Shown: positions 34,383-43,785 of the stretch, piece by piece
Layout of the letters: every line of letters starts with the position of its first letter
How positions within the stretch are numbered: position 1 is the first letter of the stretch
NCBI GenBank assembly: GCA_910586805.1
Contig: CAJUJC010000001.1
Span: 1-43,785 of the forward strand
DNA length: 43,785 nucleotides
Origin: an uncultured Erysipelotrichales bacterium
GTDB taxonomy: Bacteria; Bacillota_I; Bacilli_A; Erysipelotrichales; Coprobacillaceae
Direction: 5' to 3'
The notes under the pieces: model-generated
Databases searched by the model: none
The model's input: only the letters and a program-made list of their open reading frames with translations
What the model was told of the DNA's origin: nothing
Translations under genes and position numbers: made by a program

Positions 34383-37300
34383 GTAAAAAAATGTATTGGA
34401 AGAATTTAAGAAAAAATATACTTTCTTCCAAAGCAAGATTTTTATCTATATTTTCCATTGTTTTCTTAGGTGCGGCGTTCTTTGCTGGTCTTAGAAATAC
34501 GCCAGGAACGATGATGAAATCAATGGATAGTTATCTTGATCAACATCGATTTGCGGATTTGACATATATAGCAACACTTGGTTTTGGTGAAGATGATTTG
34601 AAGGCTATTGAAAATATTCAAGGTATTGAAATAGAATATGGATATCAATTTGATGCACAGACATTATTAAATAATAAATTAACAGGTGTTAAGGTTTTGA
34701 CATCATCTCAGTTTGATGAAAATATGATTAATTATCCTGATTTACAAGAAGGAAGATTTCCAAAGAAAAACGATGAATGTGTGATTGATAGTCAAATGGC
34801 TCTTATGCAAATCAAAATTGGCGATCAATTAAAGATTTCAAATAATCAGGGCGAAAAAGCATTTACAGTTGTCGGGATTGTGAATGATGTTCGTTATTTA
34901 GCGATTACTGAAAGAGGGACAAATACGTTAGGTGATGGTACAAATGAAGGATTTATTGAAATTTTAAATGAAGATAACGATTTTTTAGCAATGCCTAAAG
35001 AATTATATGATTTAAGAGATGAAGATTTATTATATAATCAGTTATCTGTCAAGGTAGAAGGAGCAGAACAATATAATATATTTAGTCATGAGTATGATGA
35101 GTATATTGAAGATGTCAATACAAAGTTAAAAAGTACACTTTCATTAAGAATGAGTGATTTGTATGAAACGATTTCTAGTGAGGCTAAAGAAGAATTGAGA
35201 AAAGCTGAAAAGAAATATAATAATGGATATGATACTTTTGTTAAGAATAAGGATAATTTTGATGCTACAATTTTAAAAGCAAAAATACAACTTACAAATG
35301 CAAAAATTGAATTGGCTAAAAATGAAACACAATATTTAAAAGCACAAGGACAGGCTGGCAAAGAAGTTCAAAAAATGTTAGAAACAGTAGAGCAAACTGC
35401 TAAAGAACTTGAAAGTAGCCTTGATAGTTTAAATAAAAAATTAGAGGATTATAAAGATACTCCTATCCTTTCTGTTCCACCTGAAATCAAAGAAATTCAA
35501 AAACAAATGAGTGAAATTCAAAAAATCATTCAATCATCACAAGGAGCTATTGATGGTTTTGATCAATTAAATAATGCTTCTATGCAAATTCAACAAGCAA
35601 AATTACAAATAGAAGCCCAAGAAAATCAACTCACATTAACTGAACTTCAAACAAGAAATGAATTAGAATCAGCACAAAAAGAATTGGATAAATCTAAGAT
35701 TCTTTTAGATGAAGCAAAAGAAGATATGAATGCTATTTCTAAAGGAAAGGTTTATACCTTGACAAGACATGAAATAGCAGGAATTGTGAGTTATGATACA
35801 AATGTCGAATCTATTACTGCGATTGCAAAAATCTTTCCACTTTTATTTTTCTTAGTATCAGCACTTGTTTCATTAACAACAATGACAAGAATGGTAGAAG
35901 AACAAAGAGGTCAAAGTGGAACTTTAAGAGCTTTAGGCTATTCAAAATGGGATGTTATCAAACAATATATTGTTTATGTCATTATGGCAACTTTCTTTGC
36001 TTGTGTATTAGGTATTGTGATTGGAACTGAGCTTTTCCCTAGAATTATATATTATTTATATAATTTAATGATGTTTAAAGCCAATGCACCAACACTTATT
36101 TATTCAGGAATTGATATTGCTTTTCAAACATTTATGATTTCAGTGTTTGTAACACTGTTTGCAACATTATCTGTATGTTTCAAAGAATTAAATTTAACAC
36201 CTGCAGTTTTGATGAGACCAAAATCACCAAAGATTGGAAAACGTATTTTGATTGAGAGAATAACATTTATATGGAAAAGAATGTCTTTTAATCAAAAAGT
36301 AACGATGCGTAATATTTTTAGATATAAAAAACGATTTTTCATGTCTATTATTGGTATTGCAGGATGTACTGCATTGATTATTACAGGTTTTGGTATTAAA
36401 AATTCAGTATCACAAATTGTTCCTAAGCAATTTGATGATATATTTATATATGATGGCTTAGCAAGGCTAGAAGAAGAGATACATGCTAAGGAAGCCAAAG
36501 ACTATCAAGAACAATTATTAAAAAGAGACGATATTACAAATGTAGAATATGTTTATAGTCAAAGTATAGAAATGATGAAGAATAAAGAGGATATTTATGC
36601 TAATCTTGTTGTTTATCAATCTATGGATAATATACAAAATTTTATTCAATTTAGAGATTTGAATACACAAAAGAAACTTTCACTTGATGAAGAAGGTGTT
36701 ATCTTATCAGTGAAAGCTGCTGAAATATTAGGGGTTCATAAAGATGACACTTTAGATTTTCAATTGAATGATGTCAAATATAGTGTAAAGGTTTCAGGAA
36801 TAACTGAAAATTATTTTATGCATTATATGTATATGTCTCAAACACTTTATGAAAACATAACAAATGAATCATTAAATTTTAATAATGCTTATGTGAATTT
36901 AAAAGATGATACACCATCAAATAGAGGAACAATTGAAGCATTTATGAAAGATAAAGGATATGGAAATATTTCATACAATGATAGTAGCGATAGTGATTTT
37001 ATGAAGCAAATTGATAGTATTGATATTGTTGTTGTGATTTTAATTGTATGTGCAGGAGCTTTGAATTTTATTGTTCTTTATAATTTGACAAATATTAATA
37101 TTCAAGAAAGAAAGAGTGAGATTGCAACAATTAAAGTTTTAGGATTTAGACGTAAAGAAGTTTATGATTATATTTTTAGAGAAAATATTATATTGTCAGT
37201 GATTGGATCTATTGTTGGAATGTTTTTAGGTTTTGTTGTTCATATGTATATTATTAGAACAGTAGAATTAGATTTAACGATGTTTGAAAGACATTTAAAT

Positions 37301-37420
37301 GTTATGAGTTATGTTTATGCAGTTGCCATAACTATTGGCTTTACAATGTTGATTAATTTTACGATGCGACGTGTTTTAAATAAAGTGAATATGGTTGAAT
37401 CATTAAAAAGTATAGAATAG
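34376..37420 (+). CDS. Giant FtsX/MacB-type ABC permease (two FtsX 4-TM modules) with a long coiled-coil extracytoplasmic insert
   Basis: 1014 aa. The N-terminal TM and MacB-like domain are followed by a charged, Q/K/E-rich, heptad-like segment of about 200 aa (KEELRKAEKKYNNGYD...LDKSKILLDEAKEDMN). Then come an FtsX module, a second extracytoplasmic domain and a second FtsX module. The start overlaps the ATPase stop. Confidence 0.85.
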   Translation: MVSKKMYWKNLRKNILSSKARFLSIFSIVFLGAAFFAGLRNTPGTMMKSMDSYLDQHRFADLTYIATLGFGEDDLKAIENIQGIEIEYGYQFDAQTLLNNKLTGVKVLTSSQFDENMINYPDLQEGRFPKKNDECVIDSQMALMQIKIGDQLKISNNQGEKAFTVVGIVNDVRYLAITERGTNTLGDGTNEGFIEILNEDNDFLAMPKELYDLRDEDLLYNQLSVKVEGAEQYNIFSHEYDEYIEDVNTKLKSTLSLRMSDLYETISSEAKEELRKAEKKYNNGYDTFVKNKDNFDATILKAKIQLTNAKIELAKNETQYLKAQGQAGKEVQKMLETVEQTAKELESSLDSLNKKLEDYKDTPILSVPPEIKEIQKQMSEIQKIIQSSQGAIDGFDQLNNASMQIQQAKLQIEAQENQLTLTELQTRNELESAQKELDKSKILLDEAKEDMNAISKGKVYTLTRHEIAGIVSYDTNVESITAIAKIFPLLFFLVSALVSLTTMTRMVEEQRGQSGTLRALGYSKWDVIKQYIVYVIMATFFACVLGIVIGTELFPRIIYYLYNLMMFKANAPTLIYSGIDIAFQTFMISVFVTLFATLSVCFKELNLTPAVLMRPKSPKIGKRILIERITFIWKRMSFNQKVTMRNIFRYKKRFFMSIIGIAGCTALIITGFGIKNSVSQIVPKQFDDIFIYDGLARLEEEIHAKEAKDYQEQLLKRDDITNVEYVYSQSIEMMKNKEDIYANLVVYQSMDNIQNFIQFRDLNTQKKLSLDEEGVILSVKAAEILGVHKDDTLDFQLNDVKYSVKVSGITENYFMHYMYMSQTLYENITNESLNFNNAYVNLKDDTPSNRGTIEAFMKDKGYGNISYNDSSDSDFMKQIDSIDIVVVILIVCAGALNFIVLYNLTNINIQERKSEIATIKVLGFRRKEVYDYIFRENIILSVIGSIVGMFLGFVVHMYIIRTVELDLTMFERHLNVMSYVYAVAITIGFTMLINFTMRRVLNKVNMVESLKSIE

Positions 37421-37452
37421 TTGGAGGATATCTTTAACTATTCTTTTGTTTT
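37414..37452 (+). terminator. Terminator after the FtsX permease gene
   Basis: An agaatagtt/aactattct stem followed by TTTGTTTT. It overlaps the stop codon. Confidence 0.7.
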
Positions 37453-37557
37453 ATTCATAATCGTATACAATTTATTATAAATAAATGTTTATTTTTATTG
37501 AAAACCGAAATTTTTTTATGTTTTTTAGAATATTGTGAAAAAATTATAAAATTATTG

Positions 37558-37585
37558 TTGACTTGTGGAAAATGTTTAGTATAAT
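37558..37585 (+). promoter_or_regulatory. Promoter of the branched-chain amino-acid ABC operon
   Basis: TTGACT, 16 nt, TATAAT, about 38 nt upstream of the SBP start. Confidence 0.6.
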
Positions 37586-37623
37586 AGTGGCTATACTATA
37601 AAATGTGGAAAAGGGGAAGGTTT

Positions 37624-38784
37624 ATGAATTATAAAAAAGTATTATCAACAATTGCTGTTGCGAGTATGTTAGCAGCATGTGGAAATGGAGGAGGAAATAC
37701 TCCAAGTGAAGGAACAACATTAAAAGATGGGGATACTATTAAAATTGGTTTCATTGGACCTAAGACTGGTAAAACTTCAGCATATGGTATTCCAGTAGCA
37801 AATACTATTGAATTGGCTGTTGCTGATTATAACAATGATCCTAATTCAAAGTATAAAGTAGAATTGGTTAGTGAAGATTCTAGAGGTAGTGAACAAGAAG
37901 CTATTAATGCTTATCAAAAATTAAAAGGTGAAGGTGTTATTGGTATTGTTGGACCAGTTATCACTGCTGAAGGTGGAGCTTTAGGAGAAGCATCAAAAGC
38001 TGATTTAATGCCTATTGTATCTTCTAGTACTTCTGGAGATAATTTAACTTTAAACGCAGATGGATCAACAAGAGCTAACTACTTTAGAACTTGTTCAAAT
38101 GACTCAATGGGTGGTAAAACAATTGCAAAGGCAATTGGTGAAGGAAAAGTTCCTAATGTTAAAAAAGTTGCTATTTTAACAAATAGTGATAGTGATTATA
38201 GCATTGGTTGTACAGAATCATTTAAAGCACAAGCTGAAGCTGATAAAACTCAAATTGTATTAGAAGATAGTTATCCTGATGGACAAAAAGACTTTAAAAC
38301 ATATATTCAAAAAGTACAAAGTTCAGGAGCTGATACAGTTTATATTCCTGATTACTATCAAACAATTAGTGTTATGGTTAAACAATTTAAAGATGCTGGA
38401 TTTGATGGTACATTTGTTGGTACTGATGGTTGGGATGGCGTATTAGAAATTGAAGGTATTGATAAATCATTATTTAATGGTGCATATTATACAAATACAT
38501 TTGATGATCGTACTGATGAAGTAAAATCTTATGTGAAAGCATATAAAGATAAATATGGTTCTGATACAAATATGTTTGGTACAATGGCTTATGATGCAAC
38601 TATGGTATTGTTAAAAGCTATTGAAGCTGCTGGAACAACAAGTCCAGAAGCAATTAATAAAGCTTTAGAAGCAACTGATTATACTGGTATTACAGGACAC
38701 TTTGCATTTGATAAACAACATAATCCAACAAAGGATTTGGTTGTTAAAACAATCAAAGATGAAAAATATTCTTATTTGGATTAA
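37624..38784 (+). CDS. Branched-chain amino-acid ABC transporter substrate-binding lipoprotein (LivJ/LivK-like, Peripla_BP_6)
   Basis: The lipobox is MLAAC/GNGGG. KIGFIGPKTGKTSAYG... is typical of type I PBPs of LIV systems. A GGGGAAGG RBS precedes ATG 37624. Confidence 0.9.
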   Translation: MNYKKVLSTIAVASMLAACGNGGGNTPSEGTTLKDGDTIKIGFIGPKTGKTSAYGIPVANTIELAVADYNNDPNSKYKVELVSEDSRGSEQEAINAYQKLKGEGVIGIVGPVITAEGGALGEASKADLMPIVSSSTSGDNLTLNADGSTRANYFRTCSNDSMGGKTIAKAIGEGKVPNVKKVAILTNSDSDYSIGCTESFKAQAEADKTQIVLEDSYPDGQKDFKTYIQKVQSSGADTVYIPDYYQTISVMVKQFKDAGFDGTFVGTDGWDGVLEIEGIDKSLFNGAYYTNTFDDRTDEVKSYVKAYKDKYGSDTNMFGTMAYDATMVLLKAIEAAGTTSPEAINKALEATDYTGITGHFAFDKQHNPTKDLVVKTIKDEKYSYLD

Positions 38785-38796
38785 TTAAAAAAATAA

Positions 38797-38827
38797 ATAA
38801 AGGAGAAACTTCTCCTTTATTTTTTTG
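38797..38827 (+). terminator. Strong intra-operon hairpin/terminator between the SBP gene and livH
   Basis: A perfect 10-bp stem ataaaggaga / tctcctttat with a 4-nt loop and T7. Confidence 0.65.
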
Positions 38828-38842
38828 AAAGGGAGGTTACAT

Positions 38843-39718
38843 ATGGAATTTGTTGCACAAATGATTAACGGTTTAAGTACAGGGGGAATGTATGCGTTAG
38901 TCGCTATTGGGTATACAATGGTTTATGGTATTGCAAAAATGATTAACTTTGCACATGGTGAAATTATCATGGTAGGAGCATATTTAGCGTATATTGCAAC
39001 TTCAATGATGGGTATGCCATCATATGTGAGTATTGTGATTTCTATTTTTGGATGTGCATTGCTTGGGGTTGTTACTGAAAAGGTTGCATATAAACCATTA
39101 AGAAACAGTGGAAGTTTAGCTGTATTAATTACAGCTATTGGTGTAAGTTATTTATTACAAAATGTCTTTTTGGTTTTATTTGGATCAGCTGCAAAAACAT
39201 TCCCAACATATATTCCAGCTGGAACAATTCAATTTTTTGGTATTTCAATTACTTATGTTTCATTAATTTCATTAATTTTAACAGGAATATGTTCAGCAGC
39301 ACTCTTATTCTTTGTCAATAAAACACGTATTGGAAAAGCAATGCGTGCAGTCAGTGAGGATAAAGGTGCAGCAGAATTAATGGGAATTAATGTCAACAAT
39401 ACAATTTCATTAACTTTTGCTATTGGTTCAGGTTTAGGAGCAATCGCAGGGGTTATTTATGGAATGAGTTATTCTTTGATTGACCCTTATATTGGAGCGA
39501 TGTTAGGTATTAAAGCATTCATTGCTGCAGTATTGGGTGGTATTGGAAGTATTCAAGGTGCAATGGTTGGAGGAATTGTTATTGGAATTGCGGAAGCATT
39601 TACTATATCTTATGTTTCATCAACATTCTCTGATGCTGTTGTATTTGGTATTTTAATTTTTATCTTACTTGTTAAACCTGCAGGTTTATTTGGTAAAAAT
39701 GTAAGAGAGAAAGTGTAG
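38843..39718 (+). CDS. livH: Branched-chain amino-acid ABC permease LivH
   Basis: MEFVAQMINGLSTGGMYALVAIGYTMVYG is the canonical LivH N-terminus. A GGGAGG RBS is present. Confidence 0.9.
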   Translation: MEFVAQMINGLSTGGMYALVAIGYTMVYGIAKMINFAHGEIIMVGAYLAYIATSMMGMPSYVSIVISIFGCALLGVVTEKVAYKPLRNSGSLAVLITAIGVSYLLQNVFLVLFGSAAKTFPTYIPAGTIQFFGISITYVSLISLILTGICSAALLFFVNKTRIGKAMRAVSEDKGAAELMGINVNNTISLTFAIGSGLGAIAGVIYGMSYSLIDPYIGAMLGIKAFIAAVLGGIGSIQGAMVGGIVIGIAEAFTISYVSSTFSDAVVFGILIFILLVKPAGLFGKNVREKV

Positions 39719-40675
39719 GTGGCAGGGATTATGAAGAAACAACAAATTAAACAGTTTATGATTTCATTAATCATTTCTCTTGTCATTTATGGTGCATTAA
39801 TGTTTTCAATGAATAATGGAATCATTAGTAGTTATTGGTCTAGAATTATGATTACTGCATGTATTAATATTGTCTTAGCAACATCACTCAATTTAGCAAG
39901 TGGATATTTAGGACAGTTAACACTAGGTCATGCAGGATTTATGTCAGTTGGGGCTTATATTGCAGCTTTGGCTAGTATTCATCTTCAAACACCATTTATC
40001 ATTTCGTTGATTATAGGGGCTATTGTTGCAGCAGTTATTGGATTGATTATTGGTATGCCTACTCTACGTTTGAAGGGTGACTATTTGTGTATTATTACTT
40101 TAGCATTTAATGAAATTATTCGTGTTATCATGTTGAATTTAAAAATTACAAATGGTGCTAGAGGATTAATTGGTATGCCTATGTCAACTGACTTTACATC
40201 AGCATTTATAAGTGTTGTTGTTACAATTTATGTAATTTATTGTATTGTTAAATCTCGACATGGACGTGCTATTATTTCAATTAAAGAGGATGAAACTGCA
40301 AGTGAATTGGCAGGTATTCCAACTTTCTACTATAAAATCATGGCTTTTGTTATTTCAGCTTTCTTTGCTGGAATAGCAGGAGGACTATATGCTCACTATA
40401 ATGGAATTCTTGTTCCAGTTAGCTTTGATTACAACAAATCAGTTGAAATTTTAGTTATGGTTGTATTAGGTGGTTTAGGTAATTTAAAAGGATCAGTTGT
40501 TGCAGCTATTGTTATGACTTTCTTACCTGAATTATTACGTTCATTCTCTGATTATCGTATGTTGCTATATGCTGTTGTATTAATTGCAACAATGATTATT
40601 AAAGAAAAGAATTTAATGCCACATATAAAAGAAAAATTCTCTAAAAAAGAAGTTGTTGAGGAGGTGGCTGAATAA
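39719..40675 (+). CDS. livM: Branched-chain amino-acid ABC permease LivM
   Basis: NLASGYLGQLTLGHAGFMSVGAY is the LivM signature. The start is either GTG 39719 or ATG 39731. Confidence 0.88.
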   Translation: MAGIMKKQQIKQFMISLIISLVIYGALMFSMNNGIISSYWSRIMITACINIVLATSLNLASGYLGQLTLGHAGFMSVGAYIAALASIHLQTPFIISLIIGAIVAAVIGLIIGMPTLRLKGDYLCIITLAFNEIIRVIMLNLKITNGARGLIGMPMSTDFTSAFISVVVTIYVIYCIVKSRHGRAIISIKEDETASELAGIPTFYYKIMAFVISAFFAGIAGGLYAHYNGILVPVSFDYNKSVEILVMVVLGGLGNLKGSVVAAIVMTFLPELLRSFSDYRMLLYAVVLIATMIIKEKNLMPHIKEKFSKKEVVEEVAE

Positions 40676-41439
40676 TGGCTTTATTAAAGGCAGAAGGTTT
40701 AGGTATTCAATTTGGTGGTCTAAAAGCTGTTGATGAGTTTAATTTTGAAATTGAAAAGAATCAATTATATGGATTGATTGGACCTAATGGTGCTGGAAAA
40801 ACAACTGTATTTAACTTATTAACAGGTGTTTATAAACCAACAAGTGGGCAAATTACTTTTGATGGTAAACCTATTATAAAAATGAAACCAAATCAAATTA
40901 CTGAACTTGGTATTGCAAGAACATTCCAAAATATTCGTTTATTTAAAAATATGAGTGTTATTGATAATGTAAAGGTTGGTTTACATCATTCTCAAAATTA
41001 TTCGTTATTACCAGCAATATTAAATACACCTGGATATTTTCAAGGTGAAGAAGCGATAGAAGAAAAGGCTTTAAGTTTGCTTAGGGTTTTTGATTTAGAA
41101 GAATTTGCTTATGTCAAAGCAAGTAATCTTCCATATGGTAAACAAAGAAAATTGGAAATTGCAAGAGCGTTGGCAACATCTCCAAAATTATTGTTGTTAG
41201 ATGAGCCAGCAGCAGGGATGAATCCTACTGAAACAGCTGAGTTAATGGAAACAATTAAATTGGTTAGAGAAAAATTTTCAATAGCTATATTATTGATTGA
41301 ACACGATATGAAATTAGTTATGGGTATTTGTGAAAAGATTGTTGTTTTAAACTTTGGAACAACACTTGCTTTTGGAACACCTGAAGAAATTAGAAATAAT
41401 CCTGAAGTTGTTGCAGCTTATTTAGGAAATGAAGAATAG
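40675..41439 (+). CDS. livG: Branched-chain amino-acid ABC ATPase LivG
   Basis: GPNGAGKTT is present, the C-terminus is NPEVVAAYLG, and the LivG-specific insert is present. Confidence 0.92.
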   Translation: MALLKAEGLGIQFGGLKAVDEFNFEIEKNQLYGLIGPNGAGKTTVFNLLTGVYKPTSGQITFDGKPIIKMKPNQITELGIARTFQNIRLFKNMSVIDNVKVGLHHSQNYSLLPAILNTPGYFQGEEAIEEKALSLLRVFDLEEFAYVKASNLPYGKQRKLEIARALATSPKLLLLDEPAAGMNPTETAELMETIKLVREKFSIAILLIEHDMKLVMGICEKIVVLNFGTTLAFGTPEEIRNNPEVVAAYLGNEE

Positions 41440-41451
41440 GAGGAAACGAAA

Positions 41452-42153
41452 ATGCTAAAAGTAGATAATTTAGATGTGTACTATGGTGTCATTCATGCCA
41501 TTAAGAAAGTTTCCTTTGAGGTCAATGAAGGTGAGATTGTTGCATTAATTGGAGCAAATGGTGCAGGTAAGACATCTATAATGCATGCATTAAGTGGATT
41601 GATTAAAAATAGTGGTGGTAGTATTGTCTTTTTAGATAATGATATTACAAAAACACCTGCTCATAAAATTATTGCTCAAGGATTAGCACAAGTTCCTGAA
41701 GGAAGACGTATTTTTGCACAATTGACTGTTCAAGAAAATCTTGAAATGGGTGCATATTTAAGAACTGATTCAAAAGTCGATGATGATTTAGAAAAGGTTT
41801 ATGAAAAATTTCCTCGTTTAAGAGAAAGAAAAACGCAACTAGCTGGGACTTTATCTGGTGGAGAGCAACAAATGTTGGCAATGGGGCGAGCTCTTATGTC
41901 TAAGCCAAAGTTATTGCTGTTAGATGAACCATCAATGGGATTATCTCCAATTCTTGTTAATGAAATTTTTGATATTATTCAAGAAATTAATAAAGAAGAT
42001 GGTGTTACAGTTTTATTAGTAGAACAAAATGCAAATAAAGCTTTATCTATTGCTAATCGTGCATATGTTTTAGAAACAGGAAATATTACAGTTTCAGGTA
42101 ATGCACAAGATGTTGCAAGCAATCCAAAAGTTCGTGAAGCTTATTTAGGATAA
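41452..42153 (+). CDS. livF: Branched-chain amino-acid ABC ATPase LivF
   Basis: GANGAGKTS, LSGGEQQMLAMGRAL and the C-terminal NPKVREAYLG are present. Confidence 0.92.
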   Translation: MLKVDNLDVYYGVIHAIKKVSFEVNEGEIVALIGANGAGKTSIMHALSGLIKNSGGSIVFLDNDITKTPAHKIIAQGLAQVPEGRRIFAQLTVQENLEMGAYLRTDSKVDDDLEKVYEKFPRLRERKTQLAGTLSGGEQQMLAMGRALMSKPKLLLLDEPSMGLSPILVNEIFDIIQEINKEDGVTVLLVEQNANKALSIANRAYVLETGNITVSGNAQDVASNPKVREAYLG

Positions 42154-42157
42154 AATA

Positions 42158-42189
42158 AAAAAGATTTCTCATTATTGGGAAATCTTTTT
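42158..42189. terminator. Bidirectional terminator between livF and the convergent acetyltransferase gene
   Basis: A 13-bp stem aaaagatttctc / gggaaatctttt (one G-U pair) flanked by A and T tracts. Confidence 0.65.
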
Positions 42190-43000
42190 AAAATGTTCTT
42201 TTTTGATTTAGCCATTTTTCAGCGAAGTCACATAATACTTTCATTTCAATAAGTTTACTTTTGGCTTGTCCAACATATCCTATTTGAACAGGATATTTGT
42301 TTTCAAAGTCATACCCTAATTCTAAAAAATCACTATCATCATAATTAATGTCTTTATAATTTACCCATGAAGCTTTGCCATCTTTTATTATACAAGAACC
42401 TTGATTATGATACTTATGATGATGAGTGAGTTTAACTTCTCCAAGATGTAAACAAGTACAATGATCATAATCAACACCCAAAAGTAAGACTTTTGCATTC
42501 ATTTCATATAATTTATATAAAGGAGATGAATAACCAAATGCTGGAGTTAATGGGTGTTCTTTTGTAAGGTAAGATGAATATTTTCCATGAGCACTAAATG
42601 AGCAGGTAGGATGATTTGATCTTTTTGTATTTGGATAATGCCAAAATGCTTCAGCAATTCTTTCCATTTCTCTTGTAGGTGTTATTAATGGATGAAATGC
42701 TGGCATATTTTCTTTAATGATTGAAGTCCAATGATTAGGTACTGGAGGGTTTTGCCAATAAATAGGATCACTATTATCACTTGAAAAACTTGGCATAACA
42801 ATAGTTCCTTCTTCTCCTACAACTTCTTTTAATGCTTCAATAACTGTTATTTCTTTACCAATAACCCAACCTAATTGTGATAATGATGCATGTACAAGAA
42901 CAATATCACCATTTTTTAATCCTAATTTTTTGAAATCATGGCATAATGATTGTTTGGTTTGTGGATTAAGAGTGTTTTGAATGATTTTAAATTCGCTCAT
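42188..43000 (-). CDS. AAC(3)-family aminoglycoside N-acetyltransferase-like protein (YokD-like)
   Basis: LKKLGLKNGDIVLVHASLSQLGWVIG...EGTIVMPSFS... is the conserved N-terminal core of the Antibiotic_NAT (AAC(3)) family. A GGAGGTT RBS precedes ATG 43000. Confidence 0.8.
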   Translation of the reverse strand: MSEFKIIQNTLNPQTKQSLCHDFKKLGLKNGDIVLVHASLSQLGWVIGKEITVIEALKEVVGEEGTIVMPSFSSDNSDPIYWQNPPVPNHWTSIIKENMPAFHPLITPTREMERIAEAFWHYPNTKRSNHPTCSFSAHGKYSSYLTKEHPLTPAFGYSSPLYKLYEMNAKVLLLGVDYDHCTCLHLGEVKLTHHHKYHNQGSCIIKDGKASWVNYKDINYDDSDFLELGYDFENKYPVQIGYVGQAKSKLIEMKVLCDFAEKWLNQKRTF

Positions 43001-43044
43001 TTTTATAACCTCCATTCTTTTCTATTATAACATGAATGAAGGAT

Positions 43045-43557
43045 TTATTGTTTACAATTTTTTTTGTTTAGTAATTGTTTATTTTGTGAATGATTAATTT
43101 GTTCGATAAAATCTTTACATACAATGGTTAAGAATATAAGACTGAATATAAGTGTCAAATCATTATAAGGAATAATTGTTAAAATATATGGATGAATGAT
43201 ATGAATTAATATAACACTCAAAAAACACCATATTATGAAATAAAAAAGACATATTCTTCCTTGATAGTGAAATGGTAGGTGTGAATAATCCCAACATTTT
43301 TTGTGGAAGACCTTTTCTATATAAAAACTTGCTAAATATTCAATGAGTGTCATGATTATACCACCTATAAAAAAACAAACAATTTTATTTTGTAACAAAG
43401 GTGCTATTTCTATTAATGTGATAGCGCCAATACCATAAAGAGGAATATATGGACCTTTCAACAGTCCAGATGATATCCATTTTCTTCCTAATAATGAAAC
43501 ATAAAGTGACTCCATAATATAACCTAAAAATGAATAGATTGTAAAAGATATAAACAT
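43045..43557 (-). CDS. PF06541-like (putative ABC-transporter type IV / DUF1113) integral membrane protein
   Basis: 170 aa with 4-5 TM helices. FTIYSFLGYIMESLYVSL...GLLKGPYIPLYGIGA matches the characteristic N-terminal motif of this family. Confidence 0.68.
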   Translation of the reverse strand: MFISFTIYSFLGYIMESLYVSLLGRKWISSGLLKGPYIPLYGIGAITLIEIAPLLQNKIVCFFIGGIIMTLIEYLASFYIEKVFHKKCWDYSHLPFHYQGRICLFYFIIWCFLSVILIHIIHPYILTIIPYNDLTLIFSLIFLTIVCKDFIEQINHSQNKQLLNKKNCKQ

Positions 43558-43785
43558 GATATTCTCCTTTTATATAATATTTTGATAGTTATACATATGT
43601 TTTATTTGATGAATTATGTCTTTTTTAAAAGAAATATATGTATAAAAATGATAAAAAAAGAGAAAATATTAAATTTTGAACAAAAAAATTAATTAAAAAA
43701 GAGTTGGATTTATCGATGTTTTTTTAGTTTCTTAAGAATTTCTTAAGAAAAATATGGACATTTTGTGTACATTATGATATTATGC

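Noticed and set aside
1-43785. Search for CRISPR arrays, tRNA/rRNA genes, IS elements, integrases, prophage or known defence-system genes
   Set aside because: I saw no regularly spaced short repeats, cloverleaf-like sequences or rRNA-like conserved blocks. I also saw no transposase, recombinase, restriction, Cas or abortive-infection-like ORFs in any frame of the provided track or in my reading of the intergenic regions.

Overview
This is a chromosomal segment from a low-GC Gram-positive bacterium (Bacillota-like). It shows strong GGAGG Shine-Dalgarno sites, some TTG/GTG starts and many Rho-independent terminators. The exact taxon cannot be determined from the sequence alone. I saw no rRNA, tRNA, CRISPR array, transposase, integrase or phage genes.

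Gene order, left to right:
- A truncated MurJ/SpoVB-type flippase (minus strand), then pyrF and pyrE.
- A wall-teichoic-acid block. It has a putative GT-C-like membrane protein, a GT2 polyprenol-phosphate glycosyltransferase, DUF2304, an ArnE/EamA-like small transporter, tagG, tagH, tagD, a GT2-TagF fusion and a sugar-phosphate nucleotidyltransferase.
- An accessory signalling patch: an AgrC-like histidine kinase, an XRE regulator, an exported 146-aa protein, a LytTR response regulator and a second copy of the kinase.
- glmS with its glmS ribozyme leader.
- A PadR / DUF1700 (HAAS-like) / small secreted protein operon.
- A very AT-rich block encoding a secreted C39-like cysteine peptidase and two paralogous repeat (beta-propeller-like) lipoproteins. 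Long ORF-free DNA flanks it on both sides.
- yebC and two flavoproteins.
- Two K+ uptake systems in tandem (ktrBA-like and trkAH-like). The trkH gene appears C-terminally deleted and frameshifted.
- A YfcE-like phosphoesterase and a MacB/FtsX-type ABC exporter with a giant coiled-coil permease.
- A complete LIV-type branched-chain amino-acid ABC importer.
- An AAC(3)-family acetyltransferase and a PF06541-like membrane protein.

Best candidates for something undescribed:
1. The PadR/HAAS sensor locus, whose palindromic operator sits against a perfect consensus promoter. That promoter points through about 700 nt of ORF-free leader into the peptidase and two-lipoprotein operon.
2. The LytTR/kinase module. 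It has no pheromone genes, its kinase paralogs share a mismatch-free core of about 1.16 kb, and its embedded exported protein has its SD buried in a perfect 12-bp hairpin.
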